A DNA stretch of 62,964 nt, filler included, from Octopus bimaculoides (lineage: Eukaryota): assembly GCF_001194135.2 (NCBI RefSeq). It is 5 parts of 5 records of this genome, joined end to end, with 100 filler letters (N's around TTAATTAATTAA, not from the genome) between each part and the next. Parts side by side here need not be neighbours in the genome. Positions count along the whole stretch, not along the records: positions 1 to 19,708 come from NC_068983.1; positions 19,809 to 33,030 come from NC_068998.1; 3 more parts are not named here. The stretch is one strand, 5' to 3'. Made by a program: the position numbers and the translations under genes. The notes below the pieces were generated by a model. It was not told the DNA's origin. It made no database searches and saw nothing but the letters and a program-made list of their open reading frames with translations. Every line of letters starts with the position of its first letter. Within the stretch, counting starts at the first letter, position 1. Shown in pieces: positions 10,198-23,854 of this stretch.

Positions 10198-12140
10198 GAC
10201 AGCTGTTTCTAGAAGTTCAGAATTAGGTAATAATCACAATGTTCAATATTAGTAGATGGAATGTGCAAAAAGTCATACATAAGCAACCAGTAAATGATTG
10301 CATAAAGAAATTACCATAAGATGTGCTTCCTTCATCAGGAAAAAGAATTGATAATAGCAGTTCACATAGTAGTGCAAGAGATTTAAACATAGAGAGGAAG
10401 AAGAGGAAGAAAAGAATAAAAGGCAGGGAGAGGGAGGATGTAAGTGGCTTATGGAGGGGGATTTGAGAGGAAGAGGAAGGCCAAGATGAGATACAGGCAA
10501 GGAATGGGGGAGGTCAGCAATCAGGGACAAGTGAATAGAAGCAGTAGAGGAGAGGGGGGAGAAAGATAAGGTCAGGTATGCTGTCTGTTAAGCAGACCCT
10601 AAATCAATTAGGGATGGTTGCTGGCAATAGAGAAAGACAGGATAAGATAAGGACTGAAATAAGGGAAGGGGGTTGGGATAGCAGAGTAAGAGGGATGTTG
10701 CAATATGGAGAAAGCTATAAGAGAGAGGAGTAGACTTTGAATCAATTCGGGATGGGAGCTGGTTATTGGGAAAGACAAGAGGAGGCAAGGAAAGAATTCA
10801 AGGAATAAGAGTAGGGTAGTGGCAGAGAAAGATATGCTAAATGATAAGTTAAAGCTTAATCATAATTAGAAGAGATCATAGAGACTTTACATAACAAGCA
10901 AAAGTGAATTAAAATTTGTGCTTACATGAAAAGATTATGTCAGAAAACCTACTGAGTAATGAAGAGGTATGGTTGCAAAGGATAGTGACTCCCTTGAACA
11001 CAGTTTTCAAACACAGTGGTTAGTATTGTATAGGAAAGCTTCACATGTAATGGACCAGAATAAGGTATAGGGAATATTCCAGGACTTGAGGTTGTGTATG
11101 TATGTAGCTAGAGAGGTAGAGAGTTTAGAGGCTTGTTTTGAAAACAAATTCATGTTAACCCAGTAAATCAATTGTACCACCAATGTAGACCCTAGCCTGG
11201 TGGGAACATCGTCTTACTACCCAGCATTTATATACTACATTATAGCATAAACAAAAACCATCCAACAGACAAAGTTGAGAGACTCGGCAGTTGCAAGTTA
11301 TCCTACCAGGGACAACTTAGGACTAATCCCCATTCTGGTCAGGTTGATATGGTCTGTTATCCTCAAAGAAGGACTGGAGATATTATTACTAGTGTTGCAC
11401 TGGAAGAGGGTTATCACTGCTGTTATATGTGGTCAGGTTGATAGTAGGAAGGACAGTAGTACCAAAGATGCTATTATTGAAGAGGGTAGGGTTTCCAAGG
11501 GTTGTATTATTATAATGAGGTGTGTTAAGGTAGGGTCCAGGTGGATAGATCGTAAGGTCTACCATAGCCCAGCTTAGTTTGCAGCTATAAGAGGATGCAT
11601 TTATGTTGTGGTGAGAAATTGGAGCAAGAGATTTTGAAAAATAGCTTGGGTAAAGATTGAACCTGAAGAGAGAAATGCTGACGTAAACCATAAGATCTTC
11701 TGCTTTCTGCCTATGGAAGGCTTAAAACATGGAAATGTGATGGGTAGGTCTACTTGGGAAGGTTTGAGTTATAGGTTATTTAACCTTCGAAGCAGCCAGA
11801 AAACTGGATAAGCACTGGGCATAGGAGAAGTCAGTTGCAGGTTGATGGGTAGAAGTAACGATCAGGATCTGCACCAGGAAAGAGAAATGCAAGTTGTGTT
11901 TTTAGTTCAGTAATGAGGATATAAGAGATCTTCTCATGGAAGCCGTTATTCTGGAGAGCCTGGTTATAGCATAGGGCATGATTATTCAATGATAGGTGAG
12001 AAATCCTGATAGAAACACGAATGATGATGCTATTAAGGGTAAATGCAGGATAATTGGATGGGACATTGATATAATGTAGTGGCTCATTCAGTTTATGGTA
12101 AGGGTAATTTAGGTTTAGATCTAGGTTGATAGTGACACCT
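10198..12140 (-). mobile_element. Penelope-like retroelement, decayed (RT thumb plus GIY-YIG endonuclease and 3' region)
   Basis: Minus-strand translation gives GVTINLDLNLNYPYHKLNEPLHYINVPSNYP (~12139-12050), TCNCRVSQLCLLDGFCLCYNVVYKC...RVYIGGT (~11300-11175) and TSLATYIHNLKSWNIPYTLFWSI. The remnant motif GAAACAGCTGTC lies at 10209-10198. Confidence 0.85.
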
Positions 12141-12857
12141 TGTTTGAAAATATAAGGACACAGATCGTGTCATATAGCCAGCTGGAGACAATGTCTCCTA
12201 GGGCTAAATTACAGCAACATTTGTCCTAAACCAGGACTGCCATGTTATGTTGGAAAACAATCTTTACTCCAAAGTACTGTTGCTGAATAACTCTCGTGAG
12301 ATTTACAAATAGTAATTTTCTAAGATATCTGAGACATTAACTACTTTGGTGTTATTTTCAAATGAGAGAGAGAGAGAGAGTCAAAATAAGAGGTGTAGAA
12401 TGGCAGGCAATGAGTAAAAGAACCATATTGAGAGTGCAATAAAGAATCATAGAGACATAAGGAAAGAGAATAAATGACAGAGTTGTAATGGAAAGAATTA
12501 CACAAGAAATTAATTTTATTTAATCTTATTTGAAGGTAATGAATATTTTTCTTTTGAAAATTAGTATTCATTTTGTATAAGTACCAGACAATTTGATTTG
12601 ATAAAATTCAAACAGTGATTATTGCCATTTTCCCCAATATTACCCACGATGACAAAAATATGCTCCCTAAGTTAGCCATCATATGAGGAATAACTCTCTG
12701 GAGAATAACTTATTTCATAATTTGCCTAAATGACAGATATCAAGTTCAAACGTATTAAATATGAATACAAAGTGAAAGTGAAAAACAATTTTATTTTATT
12801 TGAAACTGTTACGAGGCTGGGATGAACAGTTCATAGGCTGCCTATGAAGGAGTGATG

Positions 12858-13120
12858 TTATCATCATCATCATCGTCATTGTTCAACGTCCATTTTTCAT
12901 GCTGGCATGGGTTGGGCAGTTTGACTAAGGACTAGCAAGCCAGGAGACTGCACCAGGCTCCAATCTGATCTGGGAGGGTTTCTAAAGCTGGATGCCCTTC
13001 CTAACGCCAACCACTCCAAGAGTGTAGAAGGTGCTTTTTACATGACACCAGCATAGGGACCAGTCAGGCGGCACTGGCATCGACCATGCTTGAATGGTGC
13101 TTTTTACATGCCACTGGCAC
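12858..13120 (-). mobile_element. 5'-truncated RTE 3' tail
   Basis: (CAT)n..GTTCAACGTCCATTTTTCATGCTGGCATGGGTTGG..GGATGCCCTTCCTAACGCCAACCACTCC matches the other RTE tails. Confidence 0.75.
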
Positions 13121-13650
13121 AGATAAATGAGACATAAAAAATTGTCAAATTTATCCTGAATACCCTGTAAGTGTCCTGTTTATAGTCTTGGTAGCTGTGT
13201 CTCTGTACTTCAGAATGACATCTCATTTTCAGTGTGGATTTCTATTCATGATCACAGTAACTTCACTGCATTGAAACAGCATCTACGGTCACCAGAAGGC
13301 CTCTTGTGTTTATCAATTATTATCTGAAACTCCAAAGTGGGTTAAACTCAAAAACACATGTGAAACCCATGACAGCTGTTCTCTTCAGGGACAATATCTT
13401 GAAGTGGAAGAATCAAATCAAACTTTTGTCTGGGTAATGGTGTTTCTATTAAGGGCCTAACTCTTCCAGTCTTCAACAAAGTACAGCTACAGAAACTAGA
13501 GCTCTTCATTGGGGGAAGGCAGAAGCGAACCAATCTTGAAGTTGATTTGCCTTTGTATTAGGTTGCAAAGAAAGTCCTGTCACATTCTTGACATGATCAC
13601 TTTCAAGGTACATTTTCGATATTTACAGTAAAATAAACATTCATTTTCAC

Positions 13651-13756
13651 ATGCCAAATCAGATCAGAACCTGGTGCTGCTCCTTGGCTCACCAATTTTC
13701 GGTCAAACCGTCCAACCCATATCAGCATGGAAAACAGACTTTAAATGATGATGATT
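13651..13756 (+). mobile_element. Short RTE 3' terminal fragment
   Basis: GCCAAATCAGAT..GGTCAAACCGTCCAACCCAT..GCATGGAAAACAGACTTTAAATGATGATGAT matches the RTE terminus. Confidence 0.65.
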
Positions 13757-13819
13757 CTAATGTTTTACTTTCTTCCATAATGGTTAAAAGTGAATTGATT
13801 TTACCCTTTTAAAAATGAG

Positions 13820-14165
13820 TTTTTATGAGACCTATATCAGACATTATATGCTGTAGGAATTCAAAAGGGGCTCTTCAGCAATGAAAGTAACAAGAAATGA
13901 TTTATTCTGTCTATTGAGATGAAGTTTTAAGTGTCCAGACGTACGGTTTGGCTAGTTTCACTCATGAAACATTTCTCTTCCAGATTCTTCTCAATCTGGA
14001 CGATCAAGTTTTGCTAATACTGAGCTTTGTAAAATCTTAATCAAAGAAAATCCATAGCAAACAGTACAAGAATCAGCAAAACAGCTCAAGTCACACTTTG
14101 ATCGTAAAATAATGAACAATGAAGTGGCTTAACTTGGTCAGTGGGTCCCTCATCATCTCTACTAC
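13820..14165 (+). mobile_element. Mariner transposase 5' half (HTH region to WVPH motif)
   Basis: Translation gives IRHYML*EFKRG, SGRSSFANTELCKILIKENP*QTVQESAKQL and LGQWVPHHL (the WVPHEL motif, ~14140-14160). Confidence 0.75.
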
Positions 14166-14234
14166 TAAGCTTTTCCTGGGTAGAATTTTCAGTGGTGATG
14201 GCAGTGGTTGGTGGCAGCGATGTTGTGAGGACAC

Positions 14235-16759
14235 AAAGAGAATGAATGGGAAAAAGAGAGTCTGCCAAATGTCAACCCAACAGAGGGACCAGCTATTCAA
14301 ATTGACAGTACCTTGGTAGATAAAGCAATTAAGGGATATGAAGACAGGGAAAGCTTAAAATATCTGGCAGTGTAGGCTATAGTCTAGTTAGCCATATAGT
14401 CAACCAGGTATTACATGAAGGAGTCATACCAAATGACTGGTGTAGCAGCACCATAGTCAACTGCTACAAAGGTAAAGGTGATGCATTAGATAGGAATAAT
14501 TACAGCGGTATCAAATTGTTGGATCAGATGATGAAAGTCATGGAGAGGGTTATAGCCCAACAAATTAGGGAAAGAGTTAGTTTAGACGAAATGCAGTTTG
14601 GGTTTGTGCCAGGGAGAAACACCACTGATGCTATATTTCTGGTAAGACAGCTGCACGATAAATACCTTGGCTTTTGTTGACAAGGAGAAAGCCTTTAACA
14701 GGGTCTCCTGATCCTTTGTCTGGTGATCAATGCAGAAACTAGGGATAGATGAGTGGTTGGTGAGAGCTGTACAAGCCATGTACAGGGATGCTGTCAGTAA
14801 GGTGAGGGTTGGCAACGAGTATAGTGAGGAATTCTGGGTAGAAGTAGGGGTTCACCAAGGATCAGTCCTCAGCCCCTTGTTATTTATCATAGTCCTCCAG
14901 GTAATAACAAAGTTCCTCTGTGCTGATGACCTTGCTCGCTGAGTCACTACCAGAACTAGAGAAGAAGTTTCAGGTCATCATCATCATCATCGTTTAACGT
15001 CCGCTTTCCATGCTAGCATGGGTTGGACAATTTGACTGAGGACTGGTGAAACCGGATGGCAACACCAGGCTCCAATCTAATTTGGCAGAGTTTCTACAGC
15101 TGGATGCCCTTCCTAACGCCAACCACTCAGAGAGTGTAGTGGGTGCTTTTACGTGTCACCCGCACGAAGGCCAGTCAGGCGATACTGGCAACGGCCAGGC
15201 TCGAAATGGTGTCTTTTATGTGCCACCCGCACAAGAGCCAGTCCAGGGGCACTGGCAACAATCTTACTTGGCTTGCCGGGTCTTCTCACGCAAAGCACAT
15301 TTCCAAAGGTCTCGGTCAGTAGTCATCGCCTCGGTGAGGCCCAATGTTCGATGGTCTTGCCTCACCACCTCAGCCCAGGTCTTCCTGGGCCTACCTCTTC
15401 CACGGGTTCCCTCAACTGTTAAGGGTGTGGAAGCAAAGTCTAGAATCGAAGGGCCTTAGAGTGAATCTAGCCAAACCAAAGTCTTAGTAAGTAGGAAAGC
15501 AGACAAATCACAAATCCCTTCAGGTAGATGGCCCTTCTTGATCTGTAGAAAAGGCATAGNNNNNNNNNNTCAGGTAGATGGCCCTTCTTGATCTGTAGAA
15601 AAGGCATAGGTAGAAACTCCATAAGATGTACCTGGTGGAAGCTATGGACACATAAGAAGTGCAGAAATATCAAAAGAAGGTTAACTGGGAAGATAGTTTT
15701 TGTATGTGGCATATGCACAGGAGCAATAAACACTGAAGATGTACAGAAAACAGATTCCATCACATGCCAGGGGGAAAAATTAGAAGTAGTTGATAGCTTC
15801 CGCTACCTAGGTGACCAAGTCAGTAGTGGGGTGGATACTCTGAAAGTGTAACTGCTAGAATAAGAATAGCCTGGGCAAAGTTCAGAGAGCTCCTACCTCT
15901 GCTGGTGACAAAGGGTGTCTCACTCAGAGTGAAAAGTAGACTGTATGATAAATGTCTGCAAACAGCCATGCTACATGGCAGTGAAACTCGAGTTGTGACT
16001 GCTGAGGACATGTGTAGGCTTGAAAGAAATGAAGCTAGTATGTTCCACAGGATGTGTAATGTCAGTGTGCATACATGACAGAGTGTAAGTGCTCTGAGAG
16101 AAAAGTTGGACATAAGAAGCATCAGATGTGGTGTGCAAGAGAGATGACTGCACTGGTTTGGTCATGTGTTGCGTATGGATGAGGACAGCTGTGTGTGGTG
16201 TCACACCCTAACAGTGGAGGGAACCTGTGGAAGAGGTAGACCCAAGAAGACATGGGATGAGGTGGTGAAGCATGACCTTTGAACACTGGGCCTCACAGAG
16301 ACAATGACAAGCAACTGAGACCTTTGGAGATATACTGTGCTTGAGAAGACTCTGCAAGCCAAGTGAGATCATAGCCATGGCCGATGCCAGTGTTGCATAA
16401 CTGGGCCCGTTTAAAAGTACCCTTCAATTGTCGGGCAATATGCTGTGCTTGAGAAGACCTGTTGAGTCAAGTGAAATCGTAGTTGTGGCCAAGGCCAGTG
16501 TCACCAGACTGGCACGTAAAAAGCACCATTCAAGCTTGGTTGATGCCAGTGCCGCCTGATTAGCCCCCATGCCAGTGGGACGTGATAAGCATCCACTACA
16601 TTCTTGGAGTGGCTGGCATTAGGAAGGGTGTCCAGCTGTAGAAACCTTGCCAGATTTAGACTGGAGCCTGGTACAGCCTCCTGGCTTGCCAGTCCTCAGT
16701 CAAACTGTCCAACCCATGCCAGCGAGGAGAGCCGACGTTAACGATAATGATGATGATGA
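14235..16759 (+). mobile_element. RTE-clade LINE, 5'-truncated (RT, C-terminus, 3' UTR, (GAT)n tail)
   Basis: Translation gives KGKGDALDRNNYSGIKLLDQ, EMQFGFVPGRNTTDAIF, GVHQGSVLSPLLF, CADDL, VDSFRYLGD and RGRPKKTWDEVVKHD. The 3' UTR ends CGTTAACGATAATGATGATGATG; there are many stops and frameshifts. Confidence 0.9.
14976..15426 (-). mobile_element. Antisense 5'-truncated copy of the same RTE family nested in the RTE RT region
   Basis: The host reads ..TTTCAGGT|GTGGAAGCAA (FQVWKQ) across the insertion. The insert is the reverse complement of the last ~150 bp of ORF plus 3' UTR of the family (compare 16200-16759). Confidence 0.85.
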
Positions 16760-16789
16760 AAAAAAAGAAGTTCTCCATAATCATATACA

Positions 16790-17060
16790 ATGAAAACAAT
16801 AGTTAGCCCCCAATTAAAAAGAAGCATCTATTCCCAAACCAGGACTACATTGGAAAAATGTAATGTTCTATGTTGGATAAGATATGAAGTGAGTCGTCTG
16901 TCATGAAGTGTTAAACCAAAACAAAACAGTTAATGTGGATGAATATTGTTGCCAACTGGAATCATTGCACAAAAATTTGCAGAAAAAGCATCCATCATCG
17001 GTCAATCGTAAAGCGGTTTTACTCTTACACGATAATGTAAGATCACATATTGCCCAAGTT
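16790..17060 (+). mobile_element. Mariner transposase middle part, collinear with 13820-14165
   Basis: Translation gives PKPGLHWKNVM and LNQNKTVNVDEYCCQLESLHKNLQKKHPSSVNRKAVLLLHDNVRSHIAQ. It is similar at DNA level to 30-270. Confidence 0.8.
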
Positions 17061-17139
17061 AATGTGTTTTTGTTATGCCGAAAACGGGTTGTGTACGTAT
17101 TCTTTATCTCCGCCTTAATTTCTATATACGTTTCACCAT

Positions 17140-17272
17140 TATGGTTGCTAGGAACCCGGCATTGGATGTATTTGGGGTCGATAAAATAAGTACCAACAGT
17201 ACTGATGTCGATGTAATCGACTTACCGCCTCCTCTGAAATTGCTGGCCTTGTGCCAATATTTGAAACCATTA
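17140..17272 (+). mobile_element. SINE family B 3' fragment
   Basis: GGGGTCGATAAAATAAGTACC..GTCGATGTAATCGACTTA..GGCCTTGTGCCAATATTTGAAACC followed by (ATT)n. Confidence 0.65.
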
Positions 17273-20200
17273 TTATTATTATTATTGTGTTATACAGTAT
17301 TACATTATCACAATGTGTCCTTTGTTAATATAAGACTGTAGTGTGATTTAGAGGGAAATTTGACTCTTATTTCCAGCATGCTAATGACCATGCAGAGGTC
17401 ATCCTGTGGCGCGAAATAAACGTGGTTATTATTGTTTGCCCCAGAAAGAAACTGATTTTAGATAAAATTTTCTAATAATTAATATATTTTTACGGTTTTG
17501 CTTTTGAATAACCGTCCTCAGAAGTCCCATATCTTGCATTAAAGGAAAAGGGTATTTTTTTTTCTTTACATATTTTGTTTCATACAACGAAAATTGTAAT
17601 AACCATTCTGAAAGACTAAAAAAAAAGTTTGTTATTTTTTTGGCACTCCACATGGTTACTCTTTTCCTTTCCTATCATGTATGAAAATTCGCGAAAGAAT
17701 TAGTTCAAAACTCTATCGAGTAAACTACATACCTTTTAAATTATAAATAGTTTAGTAAACACAATGTCCTGGGTCGATATTAGAATTAAGCTGGCTTTTC
17801 TTCTTTTTACCACGCATCGAAATTTGAATTAGACCAACTTCACATCATTTATCCGCCCTTTAAACTCGGGTTATCTGCGTCAACCAGTGTAGGACTGGTA
17901 ACATTTAATTCATTGTACGTAATTATTTTTTGGCTGGAGTAACATCAGGGTTGGGGTAATATTAGATTTTACATATTTGATAATTAAAAATTTTTTTTTG
18001 TATTATAAATTATGTAGAGAAATAAAACTAGCGTCAAACAGAATTATACAAGGTGAAATGGTATATTACATCTATGCATAGTATTCTTGTTAAATTAAAA
18101 AAAAAAACTTTAATGTATCTGTTTGTAAAGAGAATAAAATTTTATTCATAAACATATGAATTATAAAAAAAATATGACATAAATTGCGAAAAAAAAGACA
18201 AAATTAGATTAGAAAAATGGGGGAATCAGAGAACGCAATTGAAGAAATTTCAAAACCATAAACACAAAAAAAAAAATCACCACCTTAGGTTGATAAATAT
18301 TTCTATAATTATATAGTTTATACTTAAACATTATTATAAAGACATTATTTTGTTTTGTTTCCCGAGAAAATTGAATAACGATTTTTCTGTTTTGTTTTAC
18401 AATTTATTGCTGTAAGATGAAAAATAGACTCGTCACTGATGGCATTTCTTCCTTTATTTTAGATTGCAGTTTATTTCTTTATTCTTTTTATTAAATAACA
18501 GTTGTTATTTAGATGCAATGGCCCTGATTGGGCAACTTTATGATCTTAGACGATACAGATATAACGATCCCACCTTCCCCCAGGTATAACTACAGTTTAG
18601 TGCTCCACTAACTTCGTTTCCTGGCTTGTATTACCGTATGTATCCTTCTTTTTATAACACTGTAGGCTGCGATTTATTGGATACCTGGTTACTATTTCTA
18701 GTGGAGCGTCTTTATAACCTTTATTTCCTATTTTCCTCCTTATTGGCTTTATTTCTTTAAGTTCACCATCCTTTGACCCCTATTTCCTTATAATGGGATC
18801 ATCTTAGCGCCATAAAGATTATTTAGAGGGAGATAACTTCAATTGCATCTTGGCGATGTTTGTCTGGAATTGGCGAATCTTTTATAATTACTTTTGAAAA
18901 GTAAAAAGGTAAGTTAGTTATTAATAAAAGATCATAATATATATATATATATACATATATATGTGCTAATAAATTGTTTTGAAGGTGGAGGGAAAATACA
19001 AACAGCTTTTTCGTTTGAAAACCAGAATAGTGTTGTAGTGGACCAGGAAGCATTGTTTTTGAATAAACGGCGCCACTCTTGAAGTTAGGCTTCCAGTCTT
19101 CTTACGTTATTTTATAGAAACCAACAAGGGGGCTTCAGAAATCCTTTACATTATGGTTAGAAACACAGAAGGATAAAAGAACACACAATAGAAACTCTAA
19201 CCTTATTAAATTTTCTGAAGAAACGAACATTAATGTTTCGAGAATTTAGTTATTCCTTAGAAGTAGAATTTGGTATCACCTATTGAGACTGAAAAAAAGT
19301 GAAGTGTTTAACACTGGGAGCGCTTGTATGTTTGTTTTTTTTAAATATTGTATAAATAATAATTCACAAATATAGTGGTGTTTGTATCATATATAGGAGT
19401 GACTCTGCTAGGTTTTTATTGTATTGTCGACGAAAGAAATTCAGCAATCGTATATTTTATTTCTTGGAATTTAAGGTCGTTGTGTACATGATTGCCAGAG
19501 TTTCCAAGTGTTCCTTCGTCGCTCGACGAAGAACACCTAATTCTACTTCGAATAATATCTATCATTTCGAAAGAAAAAACATCAGGATGAGGACAAATAT
19601 CGGTTATTATATAGATCCACACCCGGTGGAAAAATTGAAAAAAAAATAGTGTAGTAGTTGAAGTGCACCGTATATTGAACAAATATGAAGGAAAAAATGC
19701 GCGCTGGCNNNNNNNNNNNNNNNNNNNNNNNNNNNNNNNNNNNNNNNNNNNNTTAATTAATTAANNNNNNNNNNNNNNNNNNNNNNNNNNNNNNNNNNNN
19801 NNNNNNNNGCTGTTGCTGGTGTTGATGATGTTGCTTTTGTTTTTGGTGTTGTTGTTTTCCAATGCGTGCAGACGTCTTTTTATTTCTCCTTACTACTTGG
19901 AATATCACTTTCCGAAGCTGCTTTTTTGAGAAATTTAAAGTTATTTTGCTTTGTGTCATGATAAATATTTTATAAGACAAACACATTTTATTTTAATGAC
20001 ATTACAAAAAAAAAAAAAAAGAAAATAAAACGAAAAAAAATTACTGACATTTTCAACTTGATTTAACTTTATTTTGAAAAGACGTCGAGTCAGCGAGTGA
20101 ACGCTTCCCAAAGCCCAGAGCAAAACTAATAAAATAGAGACGAAAAAAAAAAAAACAGTCGAACAAAACAAGCCAAAGAGTGTTTCCACTGCGGAATAAA

Positions 20201-21054
20201 ATAACACGAACCAGCCTGTTTGATACCCCCAGTACACAGAAGTTTTAGAAATAGAAAAATTTGCTTTATCTGAAGAAAAAGAGTTTTATTATACCACGAA
20301 TTCTGAAACAGTTCAGTGACAATAAAATAAACAACAACAATGCTACTTACACGTGAATAAAAAGAACAAGAAGGCCCCACATGGGGCTAATTATGCTTCA
20401 ACTGACCGCTGCCTGTGTTAAATCCATGAACATGGACGCCCGTGAGCCGAAAAATACAATCTAAATAAAGACAGCTAAAACTGCTTTCCGTTTCCGTTAC
20501 AACCCTCAATAACTATATTTGTATGCGCAAGGCAGTTCTACGATGGAGAGGTAGAGATGGTAAAGATGTATTGCTTTAACTCGACCTTAAACAATGATTT
20601 CTCTCCCGCGTGGGAGTGAGAACCACAATTATTTTCTTTTCTTTTTGAATCCCGTCTTGCTTTCATTTCTCTATATTTGTATACATGGGTACACACACTC
20701 TCATACTAACGCATACATACATATTTGCAGACTTATCACTTCTTTCACTTCCCAGGTTCTCATGGAAATTTCTCTTCTATTTGAAAAAGTATTCTGTCCG
20801 AAGCATAATTAATTATTATTATTATTATTGTTGTTCATCTTCTTATTATTATTTAATTTTAATCTGCGTGTTTCTTAAAATCACTTGCTGAGACACACAG
20901 CGTCCTAGGGCGAGTGAAGGATAAGAGACGCTACATTATGACTGAAAACTCGGGGAGGAGATGTAACAGGGACAGTAGCGAAATATCTTCGTGTAATACA
21001 ACATAGATATTTAAATGGGTAGGGTTTTTTTCTCTAAGGATGTGGGCAGTACTT

Positions 21055-22480
21055 GTCAGCAATGTCTTTTGAATTTCTCAGAGACATGGTTCTCTTGAGA
21101 TCTTATCTAAATGTTTCTGACTTCCTTATTTTTACTATACCTAGGACACTTAAAATAACTGGAACGGTTCTCGTTTTAAGATGCCACATCTTTTGTATTT
21201 CAATTTCCAGGTCCTTATATTTACATAATTTGTCAAATTCCTTTACAGATATGTTTTTATCAGTGGGAACACTTACATCTATTAGTCTGCAAGTATTTTC
21301 TTCTGTATTTCGTCTGTCTTTACGTTGTGAGTTCAAATACCGCGCTGTGCCCAATAAGACATCAATCTTGCATGGGATTTCCATTTGCCATAAGAAGTTT
21401 TGAAGTTTCAATGAGATTGAGCCTAACGCTCCGATTACCATTGGTATCACTTTTACATTACCCTCTCGCATTCCATACAGTCTTGCCATTTCCACTTTCA
21501 GTTCGGAGTACTTGGTGATTTTTTCAACCTCTTTACTCACAACATTCATGCCATTTGGTATGGTTGCATCTGACAGTATTTGTCTCTCTTATTCAATATG
21601 ACAATATCCGGTCGACGGTGTTCGATTACACGATCTATCTGAAAATCATAGTCCCAGAGTATCGTTACTTTTCCATCCTCTTGCATAACCTTACTTGGTA
21701 CATACTCATACCAGTTCTCTGTTACTTCATATTGGTATTTCCGGCATAAGAGCCAATGAAGATACGCACACACTTTATCATGGCGGCGCTTGTATTCTTT
21801 TTGTGCAAGGCTCTCACAGCCACTAACCAAGTGGGTCACATTTTCCACATTCTTTCCACAGAGTCTGCCTTTCTGGGTGTCAAAAGTTTTAAGATGTTAT
21901 ACTTCACTGAATTGATAGCGATAGCCTGGTCTTGTGCAGCAACGATCAGGTTTTCGGTAGTATGCTTCAAATCACCACCCTCAAGCCATTTGAGGATGGG
22001 CGCACTATATCTGACCACCGCAACTGCCCAGATATTCATTGCAGCAATCAAAGTTTTGGTGTTTAGTTTGGATTTCAACATCAACGTCACCCTTTTTCGA
22101 TACGCCTCGCTGACCTTCTCTTGCATTTCTCTGTGTAGACTGTCATCCAGCTCCAAAATCCCTAAATATCTATACTCACTACCATCGGGTTCACCCATGG
22201 TATCTCCTGATGGTAACCGCAATCCTCTGCAGGCTACTATCTTCCCTCTTTTCAAATTAAGTACTAAGCATCTCGTAATCCTAAATTCCATACCGATGTC
22301 TCTCCCAGACCTCTGGACTGTTTTTGGTTAAGGAATCTATCTGTTTTTTCAGATTTCCCAAACAATTTCAGGTCATCCATAAATAGAAGATGGTTCAATG
22401 ATGGGCCTTTCTTCCCACATCGTTAACCCATCTTAACTTGTCTGTCATTGGTTATGGGGTATTAATGCAGTTATAAAACG
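21055..22480 (-). mobile_element. R4/Dong-like non-LTR retrotransposon fragment (RT end, CCHC knuckle, restriction-like endonuclease)
   Basis: Translation gives LNHLLFMDDLKLFGK, YRYLGILE, HLVSGCESLAQKEYKRRHDKVCAYLHWLLC, ILWDYDFQIDRVIEHRRPDIVIL and EKITKYSEL..VIPMVIGALG. Confidence 0.85.
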
Positions 22481-22744
22481 TAATGGAGATATTATTATTG
22501 TCATTATTATGTATTTGACTTTTGCTTTGTATTTGTACAAGTTGACTCCAAGTCTCACCCAGAGACTTCAAGAGACAGAAAGTTAGAAGTTAAAATCGCT
22601 GTTATGCTTAGGGTGTCATATATTTGGTTTTGCAGATAGTATTTCAGATAGAATGTTTAAGAAAGCATAAGAAAATTATAAGTTTCTTTTAAAATTTGAG
22701 ATTGTATAGACAGTATTTTACGTAGGTTAAGATTTCATAGACAA

Positions 22745-22823
<79 letters not shown>

Positions 22824-23785
22824 GTGAACAGTTTCATTCGGCTCCATGCAACTGCGTTTCATAGCATCCTTATATGAATCGAATCGGTGATTTAAGACTG
22901 ACGAATTAGGCACGTATGACGAGCTTACAAAACTTTAAGTCGCATGATTTCCATGTTTTATTCCTTATCTTATAATCATGATTAGGGGCATATTCGGCTG
23001 AAGTATTAAGATAACTGAAAGTGAAATGGTTTTGTTTTTATATTAATATTCAATTAATGCTCAACTGCAATACTGTGACGTTGGCTCTCTAAATCACACG
23101 CACAAAATCTCAGAGACACACAAACGTCTATATATACATACGTACGTACGTACGTACATACATACATACATACATACATATTTATATATATTTCTATATG
23201 TATATATATTTCTATANNNNNNNNNNCACACACACATATATATATATATATGAATACACACATGCATAGGATTATATGATAATGTATATATATATATATA
23301 TATATAACCATATACATATACATATATATATATATATATATAGCCACAACACATATATATGTACGTGTGTGTTAGTGAGTACATGTGTGTGTCTGCGTGT
23401 ATCTGTATGTCATATAATATAACACAAACTAATCCATTTTCCGAAACTTAATGAATATTTAACAGAAACTCTGCAACTTGAAAATTCGTCAGGAGAAGCA
23501 TGACGGCATTCGATTATATCTGCTAAAAATTGGTCATATGGAACTGACTGACGACCACACCCTCTTACACTGTAACACTTACCATCCATGTGTGAATTTG
23601 ATCCTAGTAGCCTAATGAAGCGAGGCTTCTACTCCCTCCGTAAACCCATATAGAAAGAAGTAATGCTTGATAACACTGCCAAAGATTCCAGCAGCACATA
23701 TGCGCACTCGTACTTTTTTGTGTGATGGTATTGGTGGCGTGCCTGTACATATGCATTTGTGTATGTATGTATGTATGTCTATCTT

Positions 23786-23854
<69 letters not shown>

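Noticed and set aside
10305-10345. Minus-strand CTGATGA in the Penelope 3' region
   Set aside because: No recognisable GAAA or stems after it; it may be a decayed hammerhead but cannot be supported.
13200-13600. Unique-looking segment with 55-60 codon open frames on both strands, and a GAACAGCTGTC string
   Set aside because: No recognisable protein motif or convincing splice pair; the string lacks stem II.
2545-15600. Short exact duplications on either side of 10-N gaps (2520-2610, 15520-15610)
   Set aside because: Typical unmerged contig overlaps. The same caveat applies to 44361-44485.
16665-16700. Antisense RTE terminus CTGAGGA-CTGG CAAG CCAG-GAGG resembling half a hammerhead (similar at 12925 and 15035)
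   Set aside because: No GAAA, stem III or stem I in any copy; better explained as the LINE 3' stem-loop read on the opposite strand.
19416-19682. Overlapping 88-aa (minus) and 76-aa (plus) ORFs
   Set aside because: No recognisable domain; lengths are within chance. Kept only as part of a low-interest finding.
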